Position numbers and translations under genes: made by a program
Assembly: GCA_937625935.1 (NCBI GenBank)
Contig: OW569381.1
Span: 62,001 to 126,000, forward strand
Reading direction: 5' to 3'
Origin: Tetramitus jugosus
Lineage: Eukaryota > Protista > Heterolobosea
DNA: 64,000 nt
The notes under the pieces: model-generated
What the model was told of the DNA's origin: nothing
Database searches by the model: none
What the model saw: only the letters and a program-made list of their open reading frames with translations
Shown here: piece after piece, positions 10,718-21,409 of the stretch
How the letters are laid out: each line of letters starts with the position of its first letter
Numbering within the stretch: position 1 is the first letter of the stretch

Positions 10718-12874
10718 CTACAAGCCCAGTTTGCCCCTGACGGATGAAAATCGGGACTCTTCCTTCTTGGCTGGGCGATCTCTGCCATACTTCTTGTACA
10801 ATTCATCCAGTTTTCTGTTGGTCTTTCCGCCGTTCTTGTCCTCTCCTTCGTCAAAATCGTCCACTCTCATCTCCAAATCGTCCAAGTCTGCCTCATCCAA
10901 GTGAATATCGTGAATTCCAATGGTGGCCAACTCTTGTTGCAGCTCTGATTGACGGATTTTGCGCGCAGTGGCGAGAATACGTCTGCCTTCCTCAATTGTC
11001 TCATCATCAACCTTTGGATTAAATTTGAATCGCTTCACATCAAACAGAGCACCCAGCAGTCCACATACATTGAACAAAGTGAGCAGCACAATCACCGGCA
11101 ACAACAGTGGGAAAAAGTTGGTGAAACCACCGGCAATCACCTCCAGGAATCCCGTTGTCTTGAACATTTCCTTGAGACCGTCCACACGCAACACACCCAT
11201 CACAAGATAGTACGCAACACCATCGTCCTTGGTCACACCAGTCAACTGAAGGTAATTGTAGCACAGTGTAGGAACAATACGGCACAGGAAAACTGCAGTG
11301 TACAGAATACTGCCCGCATCCGAGTAATGAGGCACCAACTTGTACAGCGAATAAATTTCAATTCTAAACAGTGCAAACAGTGCAATCACTGCCATCAACA
11401 CAATAATGCCCAGTGACACGATTTGCAAAACGATTCGAGAAGGTGCCAACCAACGCACCAACAAACTCAACACGGAAATATCCTTGCTCTTGGTACCCTT
11501 GGACACATACAATTGCATCGTTTTGATAAATGGAGTAAATTCGGAATAAATGAGCACCAGGGCAAACAGCAACACGAGCACTGCACACACACGGTACAAG
11601 ATGATTCTAAAGAATCGATAATAGAGCCACTGAGGATAATCCAACAAGGTTTTTTTCCATCCGCGACGTGGTGGTCTATACATGGTACGAATTCTCTTAT
11701 CGGATGCGTCCATTGACTCTGCAATATCCTGCAAATAGAAATAACTGTCATAGAGGTACTTTAGTTGATACTGAGCACGTCTATATTGATTAATCGCATT
11801 AATGACATTCTTGTGAATCTTGACGAGTGAACTTCGTTGTAATCCACTGACTTCTTCTCTCGTAAATTTCGCAGGTGACAATCGAGGGTATCGATTCAAC
11901 TCTGCCTGACTCGTCTTCAATATCTGATCCACATATTTTCTCAAATGAACCTTGTCTGATGCCTCTCCTGAACCTCCTGATCTTCTATTTTCATCACTAT
12001 CATCCTCATCATCATCATCACCACCACCATTAGATCGTCTTCTTCCTGATTGTTCTTGATCACCAATCGATGGAATCAATTGATCCAGGGCCAACACTTG
12101 AGCCAACTGATCCTTCAAATCCGCTTCCATCGTATCCACAGTCTCCTCTCGTTCCACTGCTTGAAACTCGTAATACTTTAATGTTCGTTGCTTGTGCGCA
12201 TGTTGCCACAAGTACCTCGGTAAATCCACAATACCGTATCCCAACAATGAAATCAACAAAAACAGTCCATACATGTTGGATAAGCTCTGCGCCACACCAA
12301 TCACCGATTCCTTTGTAAGAGAAACTCCGGTCGGAATTCCCCGATGAACAATCAAAATATAGACAGCAACAGCAACACCTGCCAATCCACCGACAAGTGC
12401 CATAATACCATACATGATTGCATTATCAAAAACAGAGCGCAACAACCTACGCCAAACACTAAATTCACCATTCCAATATGATTGCCACAATGGCACACCG
12501 AACCATGCTAATAACTGAATGGACCAGTACATGAATTGCCAAAAAACAACGAGATAAACAGGAGGATGATTGTCATCATCAGTGTCCATGGTTGATTTCG
12601 CATAGAGACCAGATGATAAATCAATGGTGACCAATGAAAGTGCACTGAATAAAATCCAATAGGTTAAAAAGAGTGTGAGATAGGCCATCCAGGGCAATTG
12701 ACTCTTTTTGGCATAGTGACGCAAAATGAGGAAAACAACGAGTGCACTGAGACCAATGTAGATGGGTATGGAGAAGAGAACTACGAGATCGAGTGGTCTA
12801 GGAGTCGTGGTGTTGCTGTTGTTGATGTCAGTGTTGTTGTTTTGTTGAAAGAGCAAAAAATCATCACTCGTCAT
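10718..12874 (-). CDS. LMBRD2: LMBR1-domain membrane protein (LMBRD2-like)
   Basis: Multi-TM with FWQFMYWSIQLLAW, LLGYGIVDLPRYLW and CRIVPTLCYNYL signatures. Confidence 0.85.
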   Translation of the reverse strand: MTSDDFLLFQQNNNTDINNSNTTTPRPLDLVVLFSIPIYIGLSALVVFLILRHYAKKSQLPWMAYLTLFLTYWILFSALSLVTIDLSSGLYAKSTMDTDDDNHPPVYLVVFWQFMYWSIQLLAWFGVPLWQSYWNGEFSVWRRLLRSVFDNAIMYGIMALVGGLAGVAVAVYILIVHRGIPTGVSLTKESVIGVAQSLSNMYGLFLLISLLGYGIVDLPRYLWQHAHKQRTLKYYEFQAVEREETVDTMEADLKDQLAQVLALDQLIPSIGDQEQSGRRRSNGGGDDDDEDDSDENRRSGGSGEASDKVHLRKYVDQILKTSQAELNRYPRLSPAKFTREEVSGLQRSSLVKIHKNVINAINQYRRAQYQLKYLYDSYFYLQDIAESMDASDKRIRTMYRPPRRGWKKTLLDYPQWLYYRFFRIILYRVCAVLVLLFALVLIYSEFTPFIKTMQLYVSKGTKSKDISVLSLLVRWLAPSRIVLQIVSLGIIVLMAVIALFALFRIEIYSLYKLVPHYSDAGSILYTAVFLCRIVPTLCYNYLQLTGVTKDDGVAYYLVMGVLRVDGLKEMFKTTGFLEVIAGGFTNFFPLLLPVIVLLTLFNVCGLLGALFDVKRFKFNPKVDDETIEEGRRILATARKIRQSELQQELATIGIHDIHLDEADLDDLEMRVDDFDEGEDKNGGKTNRKLDELYKKYGRDRPAKKEESRFSSVRGKLGL

Positions 12875-13178
12875 TATTTGTGTGTGTGTTTAGTTGATGA
12901 TGGTGATGGTTTTTTTGTTGTGTATTTTATATTGTTGCTGTTGTTGTGAATGTGAGAGATTTTTTTGTTGGGTTGGAGGCTTTTTTTTGGGGCGTGGATT
13001 TTGATGATGGAAGTTTTTTCGCGTCCAATCAGATTCGACCTTCCAACCTCCCAACGGTTCCCTACAAGGAGAAGAACACTCCAAGAACTGGAACTCCCAA
13101 CAACAATCATGCATGATTTTGAGATATTTCCCCATTATCGCCTTGAACAACAAACAACAAACAAAAAGCACATCAGGC

Positions 13179-15257
13179 ATGACAGAGGATCACATCAAAG
13201 ATGCATCCTCATCCATCGAAGAACATCTTCAACAACAACAAACGAACCTCGTCGAACTACATCAAGAACAACAACAAGTTCAAGAAGCTTCAACAACAAC
13301 AACAACAACAGTAGCCGAAAAAGATGTAGAAATAATTCATAAAGGTAGTCCTACCATAGAAGTGAATAGGATAACTCTTTCAAAGGATAACGACAATCGT
13401 AGTCATGAACACGATGGAGATGATGATGATGATGCCGTTGAAAATAATGAGCATAAAGTCATGAGAGAACAAGTGAATGAGATGATGGCCTTTTCTAGTA
13501 GTAATGTTATTCCACAACAAGAGGATGATGATGATAATGAAGAAACAATAGAGCTAGAAATTGAAGTTGAAGAGCATCCTCAGAGACCTCGGTCCTCTTC
13601 TTCTTCTTCGTCGTCGTCGTCTGATTCTGACAACGACGAAAAATCTGTTGATTATCATGCGAATGGTCGATCTGTAGCTACGGAAGCCGCAGCGGCAGCA
13701 AGAGAGAAACGAAAAAAACGAGAAGCGGCAATGTATGTACCGCCCGAGGTGCTCACGTTTGAGAATTGTCCAGAGATGAGACCTCCACGTCAGATGACGA
13801 CAACAGAGACAATGAATGGTGATTATAGGATAGTAGATTTGGATTCAGATACAACGTCTCTTGTGCTGTCATATCTGGACAGGAGGAATGTGTTGAGTCT
13901 GGCTGAAACCAATCGATACTTTTATCATCGAACAAGCGACAATGCACTGTGGAGTAATTTGCTCACTCAAAACGAAAAATCAAGAGTGAAAGGAATGTGG
14001 TTAGCATCCAAAAAATTAACAAAAACTTATAAGAACATTGCAATGACAACGCATCGTCATGATGACCCTGAATTGGAACCAATTGAGATTAATCACGTGG
14101 ACCATACAGGATCTATACCCTATATTAAGGCACAGGTGAGACAGTTGCTTCATTTGGAGCCTCTATACACACGTATTGAGAATGTACCTACTTGTGCGAA
14201 AGATGGATACCATTCACGGTCAACTTCAGTGTTTGATCCTGCGATCATGAAAGACACAAACATTAAGCAGTTGTATGCAGAGGCTACACACAGAATGAAA
14301 TCTCACGGAAACTATTATCGTTTTGATAATTACACGACCCGGGCTCAAGTACCAGGAGATGAGCCTATTACTCAGTATTGGTACTTTTTCTTGGCAATCG
14401 GTATTATTTGGGTGCTCGCACTCCTCTATTTTGGAATATTTTTGCCATTGACAGTTGACAGATACATTCCCCGGCACAATCACATATGGTTGGTGCCGTT
14501 CATGCCTCCAGCTACAGTGATATGTCTCCTCTATGGAGTCTTTTTCGCTTTTCTCATGAAGAAGTACAACTATGTACCAATATTTACTCGCAGGAAGTTG
14601 GATGAGGCCGATAGATGTAACTATACGCTTCTCTTTGCTTCACTATTGATACCCATTCCTGTGACAATACTCATGTATGGATTGAAGTTAGGACTGTATT
14701 TCAGCGCACCGAACTTTCTATGGTCGTATATGATGATCCCCATTGTCGCATCCCTCTGGATCACTCTAGTCAATGGAGCATCATTGCACGTGATACGATG
14801 GGATCACCAACGTTATTATCTAACAATCCTAGGATTCATATTGATATATGTGCTGTTGACAGCAGGAATCGTGTTGAATGCTCTGAAAGCAGATGGATTC
14901 CTACCACGAGCTTTTCTCTATTCCTACGTTTTCTTCCTGTACTATGCGGCATTGGTCATGTTTGCTATCACTATGGCAGCCACGATAATTATGAAAATTG
15001 ATTTACACATTCGTTGGATTGTTTATGGTGGATTTTGTACAATGTTATGCTTTGCCATTGGATTGGCACCAATTTATTCAACTTTGATCCTTGGTGGACT
15101 CAGATTAGATAGAGTCATTACAATGCCGTACATTGCTGTTTTTGCACCCTTTTATGGTGGAATTGTCGTTCTCGTTGCGTTGGTAATGTTGGTTGCAGTG
15201 GGAATTTATGGCTTCTTTCACTGTCTCCAATGTCTTGGTATCTCTGAAGATGACTAA
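13179..15257 (+). CDS. F-box protein with C-terminal multi-pass TMEM185-like membrane domain
   Basis: F-box LDSDTTSLVLSYL...DNALWSNL; about 8 TM helices with repeated LK(A/L)DG...(W/Y)SY.(F/M) units. Confidence 0.7.
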   Translation: MTEDHIKDASSSIEEHLQQQQTNLVELHQEQQQVQEASTTTTTTVAEKDVEIIHKGSPTIEVNRITLSKDNDNRSHEHDGDDDDDAVENNEHKVMREQVNEMMAFSSSNVIPQQEDDDDNEETIELEIEVEEHPQRPRSSSSSSSSSSDSDNDEKSVDYHANGRSVATEAAAAAREKRKKREAAMYVPPEVLTFENCPEMRPPRQMTTTETMNGDYRIVDLDSDTTSLVLSYLDRRNVLSLAETNRYFYHRTSDNALWSNLLTQNEKSRVKGMWLASKKLTKTYKNIAMTTHRHDDPELEPIEINHVDHTGSIPYIKAQVRQLLHLEPLYTRIENVPTCAKDGYHSRSTSVFDPAIMKDTNIKQLYAEATHRMKSHGNYYRFDNYTTRAQVPGDEPITQYWYFFLAIGIIWVLALLYFGIFLPLTVDRYIPRHNHIWLVPFMPPATVICLLYGVFFAFLMKKYNYVPIFTRRKLDEADRCNYTLLFASLLIPIPVTILMYGLKLGLYFSAPNFLWSYMMIPIVASLWITLVNGASLHVIRWDHQRYYLTILGFILIYVLLTAGIVLNALKADGFLPRAFLYSYVFFLYYAALVMFAITMAATIIMKIDLHIRWIVYGGFCTMLCFAIGLAPIYSTLILGGLRLDRVITMPYIAVFAPFYGGIVVLVALVMLVAVGIYGFFHCLQCLGISEDD

Positions 15258-15269
15258 GTTAGTAAAGGC

Positions 15270-16946
15270 TCACTTTGTTTTTTGTAATGATTGCTTGTAT
15301 CTCTCTTTTTCGGCGTACAAACGACGATTCTTGTACATGAGAACAAGCCCAACCATAAATGCCAGAGTACAGAGACCAGTGTTGATCATAAATGTGACTC
15401 CAAAGCATGCCTTACCGTGGCATTCCTTGCCTGATCCCTTAATATGATTCTGGTACACCTTGCCAGCTAGTAGTGTAGAGATGATATACGATGCGAGTGC
15501 AGGAGAAACACTGCACACTGTGGAATTAACTGCAAAGAACTTTGCACCAAATCTCTCACTCACAAAGGCGGGACTACTGACGAGGATACATCCGTACATG
15601 AAACCAGTGAATATGATGAGAGGCAAAAACAATTTCAATGGAGCAAAAATGAAGGAATAACTGGCAACCCCAATCATCAACACACCAAAGACAAAGAATG
15701 TCGTTCTCTGGGCCATCCACGAAAATCTGTCAGACAAGTAACCAAACACAATTCTACCAAGACAATTTCCAATACTGTAGAAGAGCACGAGTATATCCTG
15801 ATCACCATCCTTACCTCCATACGAAATGACAACACTACCCAGATTATTCACAATGGTCAAGCCTGCACCTGCACCTGCAAAATAGCAAAAACAAAACAAC
15901 CAGAAGTCGAGCGTACACATCATTTGAATCGCATTCACATCATTCTCTGGTGGAGCAAGAACTGCAGCAACTGCCGCTGCTTCTGTCTTATCGGCGGAGA
16001 TGGAAAAGGACTTTTCAATCTCTTCTGTTTGTTCGAGCAGCGCTTGTTGGTCCAACTCACTCTTGTACTGTGCATCGAGGTGATTGCCACCCAACAGTGA
16101 ATCTTGTTCAGTTGCAACCGGTGCCAATGTATTCTCCCCTTCTTCCTCAATCAATTCACCATCTGTCTTCTTTCGTTGTTCAGAAATGACATTCATAAAT
16201 ATTGTTCCTAGCACGAGAGGAATACATCCACCGAAAATGGCCAAGAACATGATAAAAGGCGTCAGTTTCTCCTTGAAAATGTATCTGAATACCAGTGTAA
16301 AGATGGCCGAACTGATACCAAAGCATGCCGAATGCAATCCAACAAGTTTTCCTCTGTGCTCTGAACTAAAATTCTTAATGTTGGTCGAAATGGCAGTCAC
16401 ATAGCACCCAGAGCTTCCATTACCCATAATACCAAAGCAAATGGCAAGCAAAATGTAATTGGACGGAATTGCCTTGCACAAGATGAGAAAAGACAGAAAA
16501 TAACCAACGAAAATCAGACTACCAGACAATATAGAGTTCGGACGTGCACCAAACATGTCATGAATCACACTGGGGCCAATACCAGCATAGGAACCAACAT
16601 TGGCAAATGTTCCGACGAGATTGATCTGAGTTTGATCATAATCCATCGCCTTCTTGATCTTGGGACTCAATGAACCAAACATCTACATTCATTTTAGTTA
16701 TGGTAGTAATGTTTTAGTAGTGGTCCAATTTGAAAACAATCAAAAACAACAACTTGTGTGAAAAATAAACAAAAAATGTGCACAAACAAAAAAACAAAAA
16801 CAACAACAATGCATGGGACATACATATTGAGTTCCAGAGCAAACCATCATTAAAAGACCAACAATCAATGAGAGCCATCGATTCACAGTGATGATATTCC
16901 TTGTTGGAAAGGGCCACTTTTGCTTGAGACGATCTAGGGACGACAT
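15270..16946 (-). CDS. MFS transporter, nodulin-like (NFD4/MCH1 family); exons 16946-16824 and 16682-15270
   Basis: Intron 16823-16683 (GTATGT...TGTAG) joins SGTQY to MFGSLS; NF..HRG, DFWL and GRIVFGYLSD motifs; about 12 TM. Confidence 0.85.
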
Positions 16947-17923
16947 TTTTTTGTTGTTGTTGCTCAAAAGCTTTCGTGTTGTTTCACAGTGGGGGTTTGA
17001 TTTCACACTGGTGTTTTTGACTTGGGGTCTTTCTTGAAATTCAAGATGACACGCAGCAAGCTTTTCACATTTGGAAAACTTGTGTCCGCACAAGAAATTT
17101 CGTTGCTGCTCGTGGAATTGGAACGGAGTTGTCTAGGAGACACCAACACCACGATATGGAATGGAGTTTATGTGAACCTAGGAACAGGTTTCCTTGAAGC
17201 TGTTTGAGCAAAGAATGATCAGTTCCACGTTGCATGAACTTGCGCAGTTATGAATTTATGTACGACTCAAGCCTCTTGTCTCGGATCACAATCTTCGTTT
17301 AAGGTTTAACCATGCTATTCAATATTGATTCTCAAAACCAGCACGGTTGGAGTTTGGCAGATTCGCTAGCCCAGATGTCCCATTCCCGAAAAGAAGATGT
17401 CATCATAAATTTGTTGTGGATGTACATGATTGGAAGAGCCCCAGCTCATTATTGCAGCCCAGATGATCCTACCATTTTTTTGTCCAGGGGAATCATCCTC
17501 CTTTGTCCTCCGGCCACAGATCTGTGTTGGGACAGTTAGGATGGATGTTGGAGGCAAATCTAGATTGTAAAAATATTCAAACAAAGTTTTCAATGAAATT
17601 CTCTTCACCCAAACGATTCAATCAGCAATGTCCATGTCTTCGAGCGAAAAGGCAGTGAATTGAATGTTCCAAGTCTACAACCCCAAAAAGAACACGATTC
17701 ATAATCGAACATGATATATTCTTCTTGGTCGAAGTTGTGTCTCTTTGGTTCGAATTGGACCACGAGCTCATTTCAGATTCACCAGAACTTTACAAAAGTC
17801 GGTTATGCGAAGATCCTGAAGTGTGATGTGTGAACGCCACGCAATTTTTTCCCCAGAACTTGCGAACCCTCCGACAATACGCTCAACTTTGAAACCAAAG
17901 TGAACCAAACAAACTCGAACCTA

Positions 17924-18733
17924 ATGAGAAAGTCTGTGGATTATCGTCTCGTAGTGGTTATTGCCCTCGTGCTCATTGCTTTTATCACGGTTGCCTATGT
18001 GCTTCGTGTTCAACAAGACAGCACTGACTCAAACGTTGTCTTGTCAGACGCCACAACAAGCACAACAAGCAGCAAACCAGCAGTAAAGAGACAAAAGAGA
18101 AACGTCTTTTTTGATTTTGGTGCCAATTTCGGTGACTCTATCGAATCATTTGTTGGCAACGAAGGTGCCATTGGTGGCAAAGGACTCACTGGTCTGGGCA
18201 AGCAAGGAAAGTGGGATATTTGGGGCTTCGAAGCCAATCCATTCTTCAATGAAAAATTAGCATTGTTGGATCAACGATTATCTGCCATTACACTTCCTTC
18301 TGGTGAGAAACAATACAATGTGTATATGAAGCCAGAGTCGGCCATTACGACAAAGGACGGTAAAGTGAGTTTTTATTTGGATACGGTGAATGACGGATGG
18401 AGAAATTTCTGGGGTTCTTCACTGTTGGCCAATCACAGAGATGTCGTTCAGAGTGAGAAGGAAGGAAAGAAGAAGATTGTGACAGTGGACGGATATGGTA
18501 TTAGTGATTTGATTATGAAGAATTATGATATTGATGATTATATTGTGGTCAAGATGGATGTCGAAGGTGTAGAGTATGAAATGTTGATTGATATGATTCG
18601 CACGGGTGCCATTCACTATGTGGATTTGCTGTTGTGTGAGTATCATGACTGGATTGAGCCACAGCCTGGTCTAACAAAGAGCTTAAAGTACATTCTGTCA
18701 AAGATGGGTGTCAAGGAAGATGTTTGGACATAA
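17924..18733 (+). CDS. Membrane-anchored FkbM-family methyltransferase
   Basis: N-terminal TM; FFDFGANFG, GFEANP and VVKMDVEGVEY motifs. Confidence 0.8.
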   Translation: MRKSVDYRLVVVIALVLIAFITVAYVLRVQQDSTDSNVVLSDATTSTTSSKPAVKRQKRNVFFDFGANFGDSIESFVGNEGAIGGKGLTGLGKQGKWDIWGFEANPFFNEKLALLDQRLSAITLPSGEKQYNVYMKPESAITTKDGKVSFYLDTVNDGWRNFWGSSLLANHRDVVQSEKEGKKKIVTVDGYGISDLIMKNYDIDDYIVVKMDVEGVEYEMLIDMIRTGAIHYVDLLLCEYHDWIEPQPGLTKSLKYILSKMGVKEDVWT

Positions 18734-18902
18734 ATTTATGAGAATCTGATTAACCATTCATGAAGGAACCATGGAGCTAACTTCAAAAGTGTGAGAGTCC
18801 TCCACAATAAATGTAACAACTCAATGCCATCTGAAGAAGAGACCAGTCTTTGGTGCGTTTCAAAAAATCAGATCACCACTCCAACACCGAAAAAAAAAAC
18901 GC

Positions 18903-21104
18903 ATGACAGCACTGAAAACGACACTTGTGCTACTGTCGGCACTGATCGCACTCTTTGCTCTTCTGATCTCTCGGTTTCACTTGGATTCGTCACTCCTTCA
19001 AGATTCTCCAACCCCAACTGGATCTACACTGGCAGAGTTAACACGATTGTTCAAGGAGTTGTTTTCAATGAACATGGATCACACCTTTTATGATTCTGCA
19101 TCATTGACGAACAACGAACCAAGCCGGTTTGATCCATTGGAGGGTGATGTGTCGACACATGATGGAATTTCATATGACATGAAAAAGAGAGCTGAAAAGA
19201 TTCCATTGTACTTGATTCCAAAACCAAAGTTTATACAAGTCAATGCCGGTGGTGAAGGCAGTGGTACCATTGGTGTCACTTTGCCTGTGAACCCTCAATT
19301 GAATGTCGTGTTTTTCAAGGATCAATCTGCGACTGTAGATGTTGTGGCGCGCTCCCTGTGCACCATGATTTCCTTCTATTTGGATCATGATACGAGAATG
19401 GAGCAGATAGAGGCTGATGCGAGCAATCGAATAAGTGGTGCAATTCAATTGGTACATTTGAACAAGAATCCGTTCGTAGCACAGGATCAAGATGAGAATT
19501 ATGAGGTGATTGTTAAGAATGATAAGATTTTGGTGCAAGCGTACAGTCCAAGAGGATTATTTAGAGGAGCCATGACTGTCCTTCAATTGATATTTAGTGC
19601 AAGGGATGCCAACGAATGGGATGCTGACAATCAAGTCATGAGCAATAGAGAAGCAGGTTGGTTGAAGAAGCAAGATCTAGTGCTGCCTGAGATCCATATT
19701 CGTGATGAGTCCAAGTTTAAGTGGCGTGGTATGCTCCTGGATGTATGTCGTCACTTTTTCGACAAACATTTTGTGAAAAAGTACATTGACTTGCTGGCTC
19801 TGTACAAGATGAATGTATTCCACTGGCATTTGACGGAAGATCAAGCATTCCGTATTGAAATCAAAAAATATCCTAGATTGACATCAGTGGGTGCTTACAG
19901 AGAGTTGAGAGCTGATGAGCTCGCTGATCAGGAGTTTTTAGAGAAGAATAAGGATTTTATCACGCTGCGAGACGAAAAATTGTACTATGGTGGTTTTTAC
20001 ACGCAAGAGGATATTAAGGAGATTGTTCAGTATGCAGCCGATAGATTTATTCAGGTTGTTCCTGAAATTGAGCTACCAGGTCATGCAGTAGCCTCTCTTG
20101 CAGGATATCCCGAGCACTCATGCACTGGTAAGGATCACTTTGACGTGGAGAAGAACTGGGGGGTTCACAAGGATGTTTATTGCGCAGGTAACGAAAAAAC
20201 TTTTAGTTTCTTAGAAGATGTGCTTACGGAGGTGATTGAACTGTTTCCCAATAGCACTCATATACACATTGGAGGTGATGAATGTCCAAAGGACCGATGG
20301 CGCCGTTGTCCTAAATGTCAAAAGCGCATAAAGGAAGAAAAATTAAGGAACGAACATGAATTACAGAGTTATTTCATACGGAGAATAGGACAGTTCCTTG
20401 CTAGCAAGAACCGAAAGTTTATCGGATGGGATGAGATTCTAGAAGGTGGCTTGGCACCTGGTGCGATTGTACAAGCTTGGAGAAGTATGGATGGGGCAGT
20501 GACTGCAGTGCGTCTGGGTCATGATGCCATTGCATCACCACTTAGTCACTGTTATTTAGACTATGATATTAATACTATTGATCTGGAGCATATTTACAGT
20601 TTTAAGCCAGAGCAACATGCTTCGAGGGGAAAGGGAAATATCCTTGGAGGTGAAGTGAACTGCTGGACAGAGCACATGAGAACCGAAGAAAGAGTGAATT
20701 ACATGGTCTTTCCAAGATTGTTGGCCATGAGTGAGGTGTTGTGGACTGTTGGTACGAGGGACAGGTACTACGAGTTCTTGAAACGAGTACAACAACAAAG
20801 ATCGATCCTACAAGACTTGTTCGATGTTGAAATGGGACCAGAGACCGATCTACTGACTATCAGTACTCGAATAGGTTCCAATCGAAACATTATCGTTCGT
20901 GCGCAGTTGAAAAAGCCTGGAACTACTGTGCCTCGTGAGCTCATCAAAGTTTATTTCAGCACAGATGGATCTGAGCCCAAGCCAGACCCTAACAAAACAA
21001 TAACCCTGGGACGAGAGGTTTCCATACCTTATTCACAAACTCTTCTACTGCAGGGATTTGTAGATGGGATTTCATACGGTAAGAGCTACCTCATCCAGCA
21101 ATAA
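18903..21104 (+). CDS. Beta-N-acetylhexosaminidase, glycoside hydrolase family 20
   Basis: WRGMLLDVCRHF, FHWHLTEDQ, VPEIELPGH, catalytic HIGGDE, GGEVNCWTE; C-terminal FSTDGSEP Fn3-associated module; N-terminal signal anchor. Confidence 0.95.
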   Translation: MTALKTTLVLLSALIALFALLISRFHLDSSLLQDSPTPTGSTLAELTRLFKELFSMNMDHTFYDSASLTNNEPSRFDPLEGDVSTHDGISYDMKKRAEKIPLYLIPKPKFIQVNAGGEGSGTIGVTLPVNPQLNVVFFKDQSATVDVVARSLCTMISFYLDHDTRMEQIEADASNRISGAIQLVHLNKNPFVAQDQDENYEVIVKNDKILVQAYSPRGLFRGAMTVLQLIFSARDANEWDADNQVMSNREAGWLKKQDLVLPEIHIRDESKFKWRGMLLDVCRHFFDKHFVKKYIDLLALYKMNVFHWHLTEDQAFRIEIKKYPRLTSVGAYRELRADELADQEFLEKNKDFITLRDEKLYYGGFYTQEDIKEIVQYAADRFIQVVPEIELPGHAVASLAGYPEHSCTGKDHFDVEKNWGVHKDVYCAGNEKTFSFLEDVLTEVIELFPNSTHIHIGGDECPKDRWRRCPKCQKRIKEEKLRNEHELQSYFIRRIGQFLASKNRKFIGWDEILEGGLAPGAIVQAWRSMDGAVTAVRLGHDAIASPLSHCYLDYDINTIDLEHIYSFKPEQHASRGKGNILGGEVNCWTEHMRTEERVNYMVFPRLLAMSEVLWTVGTRDRYYEFLKRVQQQRSILQDLFDVEMGPETDLLTISTRIGSNRNIIVRAQLKKPGTTVPRELIKVYFSTDGSEPKPDPNKTITLGREVSIPYSQTLLLQGFVDGISYGKSYLIQQ

Positions 21105-21409
21105 ATGTACGACCAAAAGTTCGTGTCACAGAAACAATTTCCGAGCAGGGAGAAACTCACTATATTCAATATCCGGTGAGTATGATCATCAAGAGGCAAT
21201 TTTTGAATATGGCGCGTTTTTGGTGACTCTGACAGACAAACGGTCAGGCAACAAAGATCAATACCGCTTCCAGCACCTTTTGCAGTTTTCTTCCTCGTGT
21301 CAAACGTCAGTAGCTCTTCTTTTGAACGGAACAAGAGTATGCTTACCTTGTTCATTTTGTCGGAAAAAACAGTTATCAACAGGCAAAATACCTTCTTCAT
21401 ATAGCCATA

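Noticed and set aside
17100-17880. Intergenic stretch with short ORFs and a B-box-like GGTTCGAATT at ~17748
   Set aside because: No cloverleaf or A-box could be built and no protein motif was recognised.
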